Origin: Isoptericola sp.
GTDB taxonomy: Bacteria; Actinomycetota; Actinomycetes; Actinomycetales; Cellulomonadaceae
Assembly (NCBI GenBank): GCA_031181105.1
Contig: JAPSLD010000001.1
Coordinates: forward strand, 1 to 63,565
DNA length: 63,565 bases
Reading direction: 5' to 3'
In this document: positions 39,332-48,288 of the stretch, piece after piece
Layout of the letters: each line of letters begins with the position of its first letter
How positions within the stretch are numbered: the first letter of the stretch is position 1
The notes under the pieces: model-generated
What the model saw: the letters and a program-made list of their open reading frames with translations, nothing else
Databases searched by the model: none
Told to the model about the DNA's origin: nothing
Program-made: the position numbers and the translations under genes

Positions 39332-39365
39332 GGGGCCGTCAGGGAGATTTCTTCCTGACGGCCCC
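39332..39365 (+). terminator. Terminator hairpin
   Basis: GGGGCCGTCAGG...CCTGACGGCCCC. Confidence 0.7.
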
Positions 39366-39495
39366 ACTTGTATGCCCGGAACGAGAATCGCCCGTCAACA
39401 TGCAGGGTGACCGCACGAGCGGCTCTTTCAAAGTTCTCCGCATAGGGGAAGGAAGTCGAGAGGCTGCACGACCCAGATTCGAGGAGGTGGACGTC

Positions 39496-39627
39496 ATGAC
39501 AAACGCACTCACTGTCGCCACGCCAGGATCCTTGCTGTCCATCCCGAGTCCGCGCCGGGCAGCCTTCCCCCACCAACAGTGTGGGAACCCATGCACCTGG
39601 ACACTCCGATCCGGAGCCGCCGCGTAG
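39496..39627 (+). CDS. Putative 43-aa leader peptide/uORF
   Basis: GAGGAGGT RBS; MTNALTVATPG...TWTLRSGAAA; followed closely by a hairpin. Confidence 0.45.
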   Translation: MTNALTVATPGSLLSIPSPRRAAFPHQQCGNPCTWTLRSGAAA

Positions 39628-39648
39628 AAGCCGTTGGGTTTCGAGCGC

Positions 39649-39684
39649 AAGGCCGCCTCCGGGGACGTTCCGGAAGGTGGCCTT
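39649..39684 (+). terminator. Attenuator-like hairpin
   Basis: AAGGCCGCCTCCGG...CCGGAAGGTGGCCTT. Confidence 0.55.
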
Positions 39685-39701
39685 AGTCATAACAGAATCA
39701 A

Positions 39702-39769
39702 GTCTCCTCAGCGCAAGTGGTGTGCAACGGCTCTCGGGCCGTCGAGAGGTTCGATCCCTCAAAGAGACG
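39702..39769 (+). ncRNA. Degenerate tRNA-like cloverleaf
   Basis: Acceptor GTCTC/GAGAC, D arm GCGC-AAGTGGT-GTGC, ACGGC-TCTCGG-GCCGT, T arm GAGG-TTCGATC-CCTC. Confidence 0.5.
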
Positions 39770-40014
39770 CGTAGCGCCCTCCGGCAACGGCGGAGCGCAT
39801 GAGCCCTCCGGGGCAGTTGTCAACTGCACAGTGGACGAGAAGATTCACCGCACCGAGCCAACGGTGCGGTACGAAGACCCATCCCGTGGTCCGGCCTCAT
39901 CCTGTTGGGGTGAGGGCCGGACCACAGATGGGTCGCGCTGCTCGAACCGGCTGCGGCTGTGAGAGCGGCGGTTCGCGCAGCGGCTCCGTCGGCTGCCACC
40001 ACTACTGTTGCCGC

Positions 40015-41139
40015 ATGGCGGATCCTTCGGAATATGAGCTCGCGGCATGGCGCGACGTCCAGCGGTTCGAAGGGCGCCCGCTGACGCGAGGGATGCAGAG
40101 CGCCAGCGAGCGGGTATCCAACGGCGCCGCGGAACTCAGCAAGCGGGCCATGAAGTTCTTGGAGGGCCACCCCAAGGCGCAAGAAGCACTCTCGCGGGGG
40201 CAGGAAGCCGTCACAAAGGGCGCACACGCTCTCGGCACTGGAGCTCGCGGGGTTGCGGATGCTGTACCCGACGGGATGACCGACTGGGGTCGCTCCGCCG
40301 TCGACTCGATGCGGCAGACGGCTGCACGGGTCTCACGAGCGGGCCTCTCCTCGAAGCGTGTGGTCTCGCGGCACCAGAAGCGCGGGCACGATGTCAAGGC
40401 ACTCGCAGATGTGCGGCGCCTTGATCTTGAGCGGGTTGATTCCGTCCGTGGGCGTGGAGCGAGTTGGTACTACCCGGCCGTCGCCGCACTCTCGGGGGCA
40501 GGCGCAGGGGTCGTTATCACTGGCGGGCAGCTCGCCGTCACCGTCTCCGGTGGGGTAGCGACGGCACCTTCAGGAGGTGCAATCGCCGGTGCAGTCATCG
40601 GTGATGCGACAGTCGTCCTCGGTCTGGCCTCTCGTTGCGTCGGCAACGTCTCCTTGCTCTACGGCTACGACCCGGAGGAACCCTCGGAGAAACTCTTCGT
40701 GATGTCCGTCGTCAACGCGGGAACCGCCATGTCGGCCACCGCGACGACCGCAGCAATGGCCGACATCTCGCGCCTGACCCAGGCGCTTGTTCGTGGCAAG
40801 GCCTGGGCGATCCTGGACAAGTCGCTCGTCGCCCAGGTTTCCAAAGCGTTCGCGAAGGCATTCGGCGCGCGCTTCACCAGGCAGTCGCTCGGCAAGGTTG
40901 TGCCTGCAGCGGGGATTGTTCTCGGCGGCACGTTCAACTGGGCCACCCTGGAATCGATCGTTGATGCCGCTGACGTTGCATATCGGAGGCGGTTCCTCCT
41001 GGAGAAGTACCCGCAACTCGGCGAAGAGGAAGCAGTAGGACCGGCGCCCGCTGTTAGCTCCGACAGCGGAGATGATGCGGACGAGGCGATCAGCGTGCTC
41101 GACGAGCTCGCGGACGTCGGCGGCCCCGACCTTCGCTGA
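40015..41139 (+). CDS. EcsC family protein
   Basis: GAGAG...GGAIAG, LLYGYDP, LGKVVPAAG, YRRRFL. Confidence 0.75.
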   Translation: MADPSEYELAAWRDVQRFEGRPLTRGMQSASERVSNGAAELSKRAMKFLEGHPKAQEALSRGQEAVTKGAHALGTGARGVADAVPDGMTDWGRSAVDSMRQTAARVSRAGLSSKRVVSRHQKRGHDVKALADVRRLDLERVDSVRGRGASWYYPAVAALSGAGAGVVITGGQLAVTVSGGVATAPSGGAIAGAVIGDATVVLGLASRCVGNVSLLYGYDPEEPSEKLFVMSVVNAGTAMSATATTAAMADISRLTQALVRGKAWAILDKSLVAQVSKAFAKAFGARFTRQSLGKVVPAAGIVLGGTFNWATLESIVDAADVAYRRRFLLEKYPQLGEEEAVGPAPAVSSDSGDDADEAISVLDELADVGGPDLR

Positions 41140-41285
41140 CCCGGTGGAGTAGGGTCCGGGGCGAGGACTTCTAGCGCGGGTTTTGGCCTCCTGACCTGCG
41201 GCTTGGGAAATCTCGCGGGCCTACACGGGATCTTCACATTCGGTCGAGGGTCTCCGTGCTGGTCAGGGAGATAACTAAGGAGGCC

Positions 41286-41291
41286 ACCGAC
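41286..41291 (+). repeat. Right copy of direct repeat ACCGAC
   Basis: Immediately follows AGGAGGCC. Confidence 0.75.
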
Positions 41292-41326
41292 CGAGAGACT
41301 CCGCGAACCGCGGAGGCACCTCTGCG

Positions 41327-41360
41327 ACTGAGGCCCGTCCCTGTTGGGGCGGGCCTCAGT
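41327..41360 (+). terminator. Terminator hairpin, probably the displaced native ssrA terminator
   Basis: ACTGAGGCCCGTCC-ctgttg-GGGCGGGCCTCAGT, 35 bp beyond the direct repeat. Confidence 0.6.
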
Positions 41361-41528
41361 GCTGTCTGTGGCCCGGTGTGCCAGCCATGCGCGCTGCCGG
41401 GACAGCCATCCACCGGCAGGTCCGGACACCGTGGTGGAGGCCTCGCTCGTCGTCCTGCCGATGCGCTCGGCGAGCTCTCGCACCTCGCACGAGTGGCCGG
41501 CGCCCGTCACATCGGCAAGTCTCGTGTC

Positions 41529-41759
41529 ATGACCAAGCACACGCTGACGATCAAGATGGACGCAGAGATCACCGACGAGGGCGCCCTCGTCGAGTCGGTG
41601 GAGTCCGCCACACCGGAGGACTCCCTGTCGCCCCGAGACATCCGCGAGGACGACCGGGCGTTCGCGACGCTCGTGGCGGGCATCTCCAAGGCGCTCAAGA
41701 ACGTGTCGGTCCCGGGCGTCGAGATCAGTGGACTCGAGGTCGTCGCGCAAGACGAATAG
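41529..41759 (+). CDS. Small acidic hypothetical protein (76 aa)
   Basis: Host-like codon usage from ATG 41529. Confidence 0.55.
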   Translation: MTKHTLTIKMDAEITDEGALVESVESATPEDSLSPRDIREDDRAFATLVAGISKALKNVSVPGVEISGLEVVAQDE

Positions 41760-42041
41760 CACCTGCGGCTCGTGCGCGAGTCGCCGGTCACACCCGACGG
41801 CTTCGAGGCCGAGCTCGCGAGCCTGCATGCGAGCGACCTACCGCTCGCGCACGTGAACGCGATCAGCGCGGTTGCGGAACACTCCAGGTCCGCGTCGGCC
41901 CGCACGGCACCCGCCGTGCGCGCCTTCGTCGTGCCGCGCCGGTTATGGGCTTGATCAACGCGTTGACCCTCGTGGTCGCGCGACCCTACCGTGACGCACG
42001 GGCGGTGCTCGCCCTGGGCTACCGACGTCGAAGGAGACCTC

Positions 42042-45000
42042 GTGCCGTTCCCTGCCTCGCGCGCCGCCGTGCCGCGCCGTCTCGTGTCCCTCACCGCGGC
42101 CTGCGCCGTGGCCGGCGGCGGTCTGGTCGCCGCGGCACCACCGGCCGGGGCGGAGGCGCCCGTGGGGGAGGTCTACGTCTCGGACCTGCCGTGGCTGGCC
42201 CAGTCGAACGGCTGGGGCCCGATCGAGCGCGACATGTCGAACGGCGAGGCGGCTGCCGGCGACGGCCGTCCGCTCACGGTGGGCGGGGTCGTCTACGACA
42301 AGGGCATCGGGATGCACGCCACCGGAAGCCTCTCGGTGGAGCTCGCGAGCAACTGCAGCCGCTTCCTCGCCGACGTCGGCCTCGACGACGAGGTAACGAC
42401 GGGCGTGGGGACCGTCCGGTTCGAGGTCTACGGCGACGGTGCCCTGCTGGCCCAGACGGCCGTGCTGACGGGCGACGACCCGGCGGCGTCGCTCGACGTC
42501 GACGTGGCGGGCGTCGAGGTGCTCCGGCTCGTGGCGGACGAGGCGACGAACGGGAAGAACTTCGACCACGCCGACTGGGGCGATGCGCGCCTCGTGTGCG
42601 CCGACGACGCGCCCGAGCCGCCGACCGAGGTGGCCCGCTGGGACGTTCCCGCGCCCGAGGGCGCGACCAGCGCCGTCGTGCGTCTGGACTCCGACGGCCG
42701 CGTGGCGCTCGACGTCGAGGACGGCGGGGAGACCGTCGCCACGGCGACTCGCCTCGGCCTCGTCGGGAGCGACGGCGACTTCCGGCGCGGGCTCAGCCTC
42801 GTCGACCGCACCGAGACCGTCGTCGCGGACGAGTACCGCATGACCACCGGCAAGCGCGACCGTCGCTCGTACGTCCACACCGAGTCCGTCTTCACCTTCG
42901 AGAACGCCGACGGCCGGCGGATCGGGTTGGCCGTGCGCGCCGCCGAGGACGGCGTGGCGTACCGCTACCTGCTCGACGGCGACGGGGAGCACCGGGTCGA
43001 CGACGAGTCCGGCGCGTGGACGCTGCCCGACGACGGCCCGGCGTGGATGCAGCGCTCGTACGCCGTCAACTACGAGGCCGAGTGGGACAGCACGACCGTG
43101 CGGGCGGGCAACGGGTCGGGGGCCGTCGGGTTCCCGGTGCTCTTCGGCCAGGGCGACCGCTACGTCCTGCTCAGCGAGTCCGACCTCCACGGCGACTACT
43201 CGGGTGCCCACCTGACGCACGCGCCCGGCTCGCTGACCTACGGCGTGGACCTCTTCCAGGGCCGCCCGGTCGTCTCGTCGGGGCCGCTCACCACCCCGTG
43301 GCGCGTCGCGATCGTCGGCGGGCTCGACGACGTGGTGGGGTCGACGCTGGTCGACGACCTCGCCACCCCGAACCAGCTCGAGGGCACCGACACGTCGTGG
43401 ATCCAGCCCGGCCGGTCCAGCTGGAGCTGGCTGACCGACTGGTCCAGCCCGCGGGACGAGGCGCGGCAGCGTGACTTCGTCGACCTCGCCGCGCGCAACG
43501 GCTGGGAGTACGTGCTGCTCGACGAGGGCTGGGACGAGCGCTGGGTCCCGCGGACGGTGCGGTACGCCCGGACCAAGGGCGTCGACGTCATCATCTGGTT
43601 CCACAGCCGCGACCTGCGCACGCAGGAGCAGCGCGACGAGTGGCTGCCCCGCATCGCGTCGTGGGGCGTGCGCGGCATCAAGGTCGACTTCATGGACACC
43701 GACAGCCAGGAGATCCATCGCTGGTACGACGCGATCGCGGCGGACACCGCGAAGCACCGCCTGATGATCAACTTCCACGGCTCGTCCCTGCCCACGGGCA
43801 TGCAGCGGACCTGGCCGCACATCATGAGCTACGAGTCGGTGCGCGGCGCGGAGAACGGCATCAACCCCGAGCGCAGCCTCATCGTGCCGTTCACGCGCAA
43901 CGTCGTCGGGTCGATGGACTGGACGCCGGTGACGTTCTCGCGCGGGAACGGGAACTCGTCCAAGGCGCACGAGGTCGCCATGGGCATCGCCTACGAGTCG
44001 GGCTGGCAGCACTTCTCCGACAAGCCCGAGGCGTACGCGGCCGAGCCGGACGCCGAGGCGTTCCTGCAGAACATTCCCGCCCGCTGGGACGACACCCGCC
44101 TCGTCGGCGGGACCCCGGGCCAGGACGCCGTCCTGGCCCGTCGGTCGGGCGACCGCTGGTTCGTCGCCGGCATGCGGGCCGGCAACGGCGAGCCGCTCGA
44201 GCTGCCGCTCGACAGCCTCCGCGGGTCCGGTCTCGGGAGCAAGGTGCTGGTGGACCTGCTGACCGACGACGGGACCGACGGGTCGTCCACGGCACGCAGC
44301 ACCGTCCGTGCCGACCGGACCGACACGCTGTCGGTGCCCACCGCGACCAACGGCGGGTTCGCGGCGGTCGTGTGCACCGCCAAGCCGGGCCGGGACACGT
44401 GCCTCGAGCCCGTGGAGCCGTGGCCCGCCGCCACCCTCGCCGTCGAGCCTGACGAGGCCGACGTCGCCCCGGGCGCGACCGTCGAGGTCACGGCGGCCCT
44501 CACGATCGCCGACCGCGACGTGGCGGACGTGCGGCTCGAGCTCGAGGTGCCGCAGGGCTGGACCGCCGAGGGCGGGGCCGACGTGGTCCGGCGGGTCGCC
44601 GCGGGGCACACCGTCGAGACGACATGGTCCGTCACGGTGCCCGCCGACGGCGCGACGGGGACCGTGGAGCTCCCGGTCACCGGCCACTACCGCGTCGGTG
44701 GCGAGCGTTACACCGCCGAGTCGCAGTCGACCGTGTGGATCACGCCGCCGCCGCTGCGGGGCGAGCACTTCGTCTCGGACCTCGAGTGGTCGGAGCAGAG
44801 CAACGGGTACGGGCCGATCGAGCGCGACATGTCCAACGGCCAGGCGGCGCCCGGCGACGGGCGCCCGCTCGAGATGCACGACGTCGTCTACGACAAGGGC
44901 GTCGGGATGCACGCGACCGGTTCCCTCACCACGTGGCTGGGCGGCACGTGCACCGCCTTCCGCGCGCTGGTGGGCATCGACGACGAGGTGCTCGAGACCC

Positions 45001-45221
45001 CGGGCGAGTCCGGCGTCGGGTCGGTGCGGTTCCGGGTCTACGGCGACGACGTCCTGCTCGCCGAGACGGACGTCCTGACGAACCACGACCCGGTGGTCGA
45101 GCTCGACGTGGACGTCACCGGCGTGCAGCGTCTGCGTCTCGAGGCGCACGAAGGCACCGACGGCAAGAACTTCGACCACGCCGACTGGGCCGACGCACGG
45201 CTCACCTGCGCCACGGGCTGA
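42042..45221 (+). CDS. Secreted GH97 glycosidase with two NPCBM domains
   Basis: AAGGAG RBS, signal peptide, GIKVDF, INFHG, YESVRGAE, MDWTPV; NPCBM repeat (NGWGPIERDMSNG...DHADW) at both ends. Confidence 0.85.
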   Translation: MPFPASRAAVPRRLVSLTAACAVAGGGLVAAAPPAGAEAPVGEVYVSDLPWLAQSNGWGPIERDMSNGEAAAGDGRPLTVGGVVYDKGIGMHATGSLSVELASNCSRFLADVGLDDEVTTGVGTVRFEVYGDGALLAQTAVLTGDDPAASLDVDVAGVEVLRLVADEATNGKNFDHADWGDARLVCADDAPEPPTEVARWDVPAPEGATSAVVRLDSDGRVALDVEDGGETVATATRLGLVGSDGDFRRGLSLVDRTETVVADEYRMTTGKRDRRSYVHTESVFTFENADGRRIGLAVRAAEDGVAYRYLLDGDGEHRVDDESGAWTLPDDGPAWMQRSYAVNYEAEWDSTTVRAGNGSGAVGFPVLFGQGDRYVLLSESDLHGDYSGAHLTHAPGSLTYGVDLFQGRPVVSSGPLTTPWRVAIVGGLDDVVGSTLVDDLATPNQLEGTDTSWIQPGRSSWSWLTDWSSPRDEARQRDFVDLAARNGWEYVLLDEGWDERWVPRTVRYARTKGVDVIIWFHSRDLRTQEQRDEWLPRIASWGVRGIKVDFMDTDSQEIHRWYDAIAADTAKHRLMINFHGSSLPTGMQRTWPHIMSYESVRGAENGINPERSLIVPFTRNVVGSMDWTPVTFSRGNGNSSKAHEVAMGIAYESGWQHFSDKPEAYAAEPDAEAFLQNIPARWDDTRLVGGTPGQDAVLARRSGDRWFVAGMRAGNGEPLELPLDSLRGSGLGSKVLVDLLTDDGTDGSSTARSTVRADRTDTLSVPTATNGGFAAVVCTAKPGRDTCLEPVEPWPAATLAVEPDEADVAPGATVEVTAALTIADRDVADVRLELEVPQGWTAEGGADVVRRVAAGHTVETTWSVTVPADGATGTVELPVTGHYRVGGERYTAESQSTVWITPPPLRGEHFVSDLEWSEQSNGYGPIERDMSNGQAAPGDGRPLEMHDVVYDKGVGMHATGSLTTWLGGTCTAFRALVGIDDEVLETPGESGVGSVRFRVYGDDVLLAETDVLTNHDPVVELDVDVTGVQRLRLEAHEGTDGKNFDHADWADARLTCATG

Positions 45222-45272
45222 CCCGGGCCGCCAGGTGACGTGGCGGGACGTGGACGGGTGCGCCGACGCAGG

Positions 45273-46475
45273 TCACGACGCGCTCGCCGGGTCCCCTGCC
45301 GGGGCCGGCCGCAGCGACCAGGTCCACGCCGCGCCGAGGCTCGCGAGCGCGGCCGCGGCGCCGAACGCCCACGCGGTCCCGCCCGCCTGGGCGGCGAGCC
45401 CGAACGCCATGGGTCCGATCCCCAGGCCGAGGTCGAGCGCCATGCTGGCGGTCCCGGACGCCGCCCCGCGCTCGGTGGGCGACGCCGTCGCGAAGATGGC
45501 GGAGAAGAAGGCCGGCGTGCTGAACGTGACACCGACTCCGAGGACGGCCGCGCCGGCGACCAGGGCCGCCGGTGTGCGCAGCACGGCCGCCAGGAGCAGG
45601 CCCGCCGCGATCGCGACCAGCGCCGCGCTCGCGAGCGTGAGGGCCGGCACGCGGTCGACGATCCGGGCGAACGCGACGCGCCCGACGACGACCACCGAGC
45701 CGTAGACGAGCAGCGGCAGGCTCACGTTCGCCATGCCGAGCGACTCCGCGTGCAGCGCCGCGTACACGAGGAACGCGCCCATCGCCATGACGGAGGCGAG
45801 GAACCCCACGCTCGGGCGGATCGCCGGCCGGTGGACCCACACCCAGCCGCCGTGCGCGCCGTGCGGGGGTCGGCCGCCGACGCGAGTCTCGCCGATGGAC
45901 CCCGCCACGACCGCCGCGACGACGGCCAGGACCGCGGCCCCGTACCAGGCGCCCGCGAAGCTCGTCGCCCCGATCAGCAGCTCGCCGAGGGGCGGGCCGA
46001 GCGTGATCCCCAGGTAGAGCCCGATCGAGTTGTAGCTCATCGCCTCGCCGCGCCGGCTCTCCGGCGCGAGGTCGGCGAGCGCCGCGAGGGAGGCGACGAA
46101 GAACGCGGCCTCCGCCACGCCCAGGAGGAGGCGGAGCGCGACCACCACGAGCAGCGCGCCGGCGTGCGCGGTCAGCGCGAGGCACGCCGCCGCGAGCAGC
46201 GCGCCTCCGATCATGAGGGGCGACCGGCCCCAGACGTCGCACAGGTGGCCCACCACCGGGCGCAGCGCGAGGGCGGACAGGGCGAACGCCCCGAAGGCCA
46301 GGCCGGTGCCGGCCGCGTCCGAGCCCACCGGACCGGTGACGTAGAGCGGCAGGGCGAGGATCGAGACACCGACCGCGGTGAAGTACGCGAGGTCGGCCAG
46401 GGCGAGCCGGACGAACGCCGACGTGAGCAGCGGCTCGCGCGCGGCGCGGCCGGGCGGCGTCGGGGCGGCGGCCAT
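45273..46475 (-). CDS. MFS transporter
   Basis: About 12 TM; GHLCDVWGR motif A. Confidence 0.85.
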   Translation of the reverse strand: MAAAPTPPGRAAREPLLTSAFVRLALADLAYFTAVGVSILALPLYVTGPVGSDAAGTGLAFGAFALSALALRPVVGHLCDVWGRSPLMIGGALLAAACLALTAHAGALLVVVALRLLLGVAEAAFFVASLAALADLAPESRRGEAMSYNSIGLYLGITLGPPLGELLIGATSFAGAWYGAAVLAVVAAVVAGSIGETRVGGRPPHGAHGGWVWVHRPAIRPSVGFLASVMAMGAFLVYAALHAESLGMANVSLPLLVYGSVVVVGRVAFARIVDRVPALTLASAALVAIAAGLLLAAVLRTPAALVAGAAVLGVGVTFSTPAFFSAIFATASPTERGAASGTASMALDLGLGIGPMAFGLAAQAGGTAWAFGAAAALASLGAAWTWSLRPAPAGDPASAS

Positions 46476-46590
46476 GGTTCCAGCATGCGCCCGCACCGCC
46501 GCCCACGTCAGGGTCCTCTTCGCTCGGGGTGCAGGCGCCGACGCCGCGAGTTCGGCCGGGCTCCGAACCAACTTCGCTAGGGTGGCCGAC

Positions 46591-48288
46591 GTGCCGTCCG
46601 TCACAGACCTCGTCCCCGCCCCGGCGTCGCTGCGGACGGGCGCGGGGACGGTCACGGTGCCCGACGGCGCCCGCGTCGCCGCCGACGCGGCGCTGCGACC
46701 CGCCGCGCGCTGGTGGCGCCGGGTGAGCGAGGACGCGTTCGGCCTCGAGCTCGTGCCCGACGCCGGTACCCCGGCAGGGGCCGCCGACGTCGCGTTCGTC
46801 GTCGCCCCGGACCTGGCGCCCGGCGCGTACCGCCTCGCGGTCCGCACCGGCCCGGCCCGGGTGCGGGTCGAGGCGGCCGACCTCGCCGGCGCCCACGCGG
46901 CCGCGCAGACCCTCCGCCAGCTCGCCGGCCCGGCGGCCTTCCGGCGCGCGGGCGACGGCCCCCTCACGCTCCCGGCGGTGCACGTCGAGGACGCGCCCCG
47001 GCACGGCTGGCGGGGCGTGCTGCTCGACGTCGCGCGGCACTTCCTGCCCAAGGCCGACGTGCTGCGCTTCGTCGACCTCGCCGCGGCGCACCACCTCGAC
47101 GTCGTGCAGCTGCACCTCACCGACGACCAGGGGTGGCGCGTCGAGATCGAGCGGTACCCCCGCCTGACCGAGGTCGGCGCGTGGCGCCGCGAGTCCATGG
47201 TCGGCACCTGGCGCACCGGCACCCCGGACGGCCGCCCGCACGGCGGGTACTACACGGCCGACGACCTGCGCGAGATCGTCGCGTACGCACGCGAGCGCGG
47301 GATCACGGTCGTGCCAGAGATCGACGTGCCGGGCCACGTGCAGGCCGCGCTCGCCGCCTACCCCGAGCTCGCCGCGCGCCCCGGCGCGCACGAGGTGCGC
47401 ACCACGTGGGGCATCAGCGACGACGTCCTCGACCCGTCGGAGGCGTCGCTGGCGTTCTTCCGCGACGTCCTCGACGAGGTGTGCGCGATCTTCGACTCGC
47501 CGTTCGTCGCCCTGGGCGGCGACGAGGTGCCGACCACCGCCTGGCGCGAGCGCCCCGACGTCGTGGAGCGTGCCGCGAGCCTCGGCCTGCTCGACGACGC
47601 CGGCACGCCCGACGTCGTGCGGCTCCACGGCTGGTTCCTCGCGCGGCTCGCCGACCACCTGCGCGGGCGCGGCCGGCGGGCCGTCGTCTGGGACGAGGCG
47701 TTCGGGCCCGACCTGCCGCGCGACGTCGTCGTGACGTGCTGGCGCGGCCACGCCGTCGCCGCCACTGCGCTCGCGGCCGGGCACGACGTCATCATGGCGC
47801 CCGAGCAGGAGGTCTACCTCGACCACCGCGCGTCGGACGGTCCCCACGAGCCCGTCCCGGTCGGTTTCGTGCGCACGGTCGACGACGTGCGCGCGTTCGA
47901 GCCGCTGCCCGCCGCGTTCCTGGAGTCGGTGACGACACCGCTGCGCGGGCGGCTCCTCGGCGCGCAGGCGCAGGTCTGGACCGAGCACCTCGACTCGGCG
48001 CGCCGCGTCGACTATGCGACCTTCCCGCGCCTGGCGGCGTTCGCCGAGGCGGTCTGGTCGCCCGACGCCCCGGGGTTCGCGGAGCGGCTCGAGTCGCACC
48101 TGGCCCGGCTCGACGCCGCGGGCGTCGAGTACCGCCCCCTCGACGGGCCGCGGCCGTGGCAGACCCGCCCCGGGGTCGCGGGCCACCCGCGGGACCTGGC
48201 GGCCGAGCGGGCCGCGGCCGGCTGGGCGGGGCTCGGCGGGTGGGTCGAGGGCCGCGACGGCGCCGAACCGGGGAGGTCGCCCGGATGA
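46591..48288 (+). CDS. GH20 beta-N-acetylhexosaminidase
   Basis: RGVLLDVARHF, HLTDDQGWR, PEIDVPGH, GGDE. Confidence 0.9.
   Translation: MPSVTDLVPAPASLRTGAGTVTVPDGARVAADAALRPAARWWRRVSEDAFGLELVPDAGTPAGAADVAFVVAPDLAPGAYRLAVRTGPARVRVEAADLAGAHAAAQTLRQLAGPAAFRRAGDGPLTLPAVHVEDAPRHGWRGVLLDVARHFLPKADVLRFVDLAAAHHLDVVQLHLTDDQGWRVEIERYPRLTEVGAWRRESMVGTWRTGTPDGRPHGGYYTADDLREIVAYARERGITVVPEIDVPGHVQAALAAYPELAARPGAHEVRTTWGISDDVLDPSEASLAFFRDVLDEVCAIFDSPFVALGGDEVPTTAWRERPDVVERAASLGLLDDAGTPDVVRLHGWFLARLADHLRGRGRRAVVWDEAFGPDLPRDVVVTCWRGHAVAATALAAGHDVIMAPEQEVYLDHRASDGPHEPVPVGFVRTVDDVRAFEPLPAAFLESVTTPLRGRLLGAQAQVWTEHLDSARRVDYATFPRLAAFAEAVWSPDAPGFAERLESHLARLDAAGVEYRPLDGPRPWQTRPGVAGHPRDLAAERAAAGWAGLGGWVEGRDGAEPGRSPG

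Larger units (their letters stand above)
12057..41285. mobile_element. ~29.2 kb transposon-like defence island at the ssrA 3' end
   Basis: TIR GGCCTCCT (12057-12064) / AGGAGGCC (41278-41285) flanked by ACCGAC; DDE transposase at left end; visibly more A/T-rich codon usage than flanks; terminator hairpin right after the right end. Confidence 0.8.

Noticed and set aside
12057-41285. Prophage or ICE
   Set aside because: No structural, terminase, replication, relaxase or conjugation genes recognised
41955-48186. Very long antisense ORFs (1074 aa, 994 aa) and similar ones elsewhere
   Set aside because: Shadow ORFs of high-GC genes, Arg/Gly/Ala-rich with no motifs
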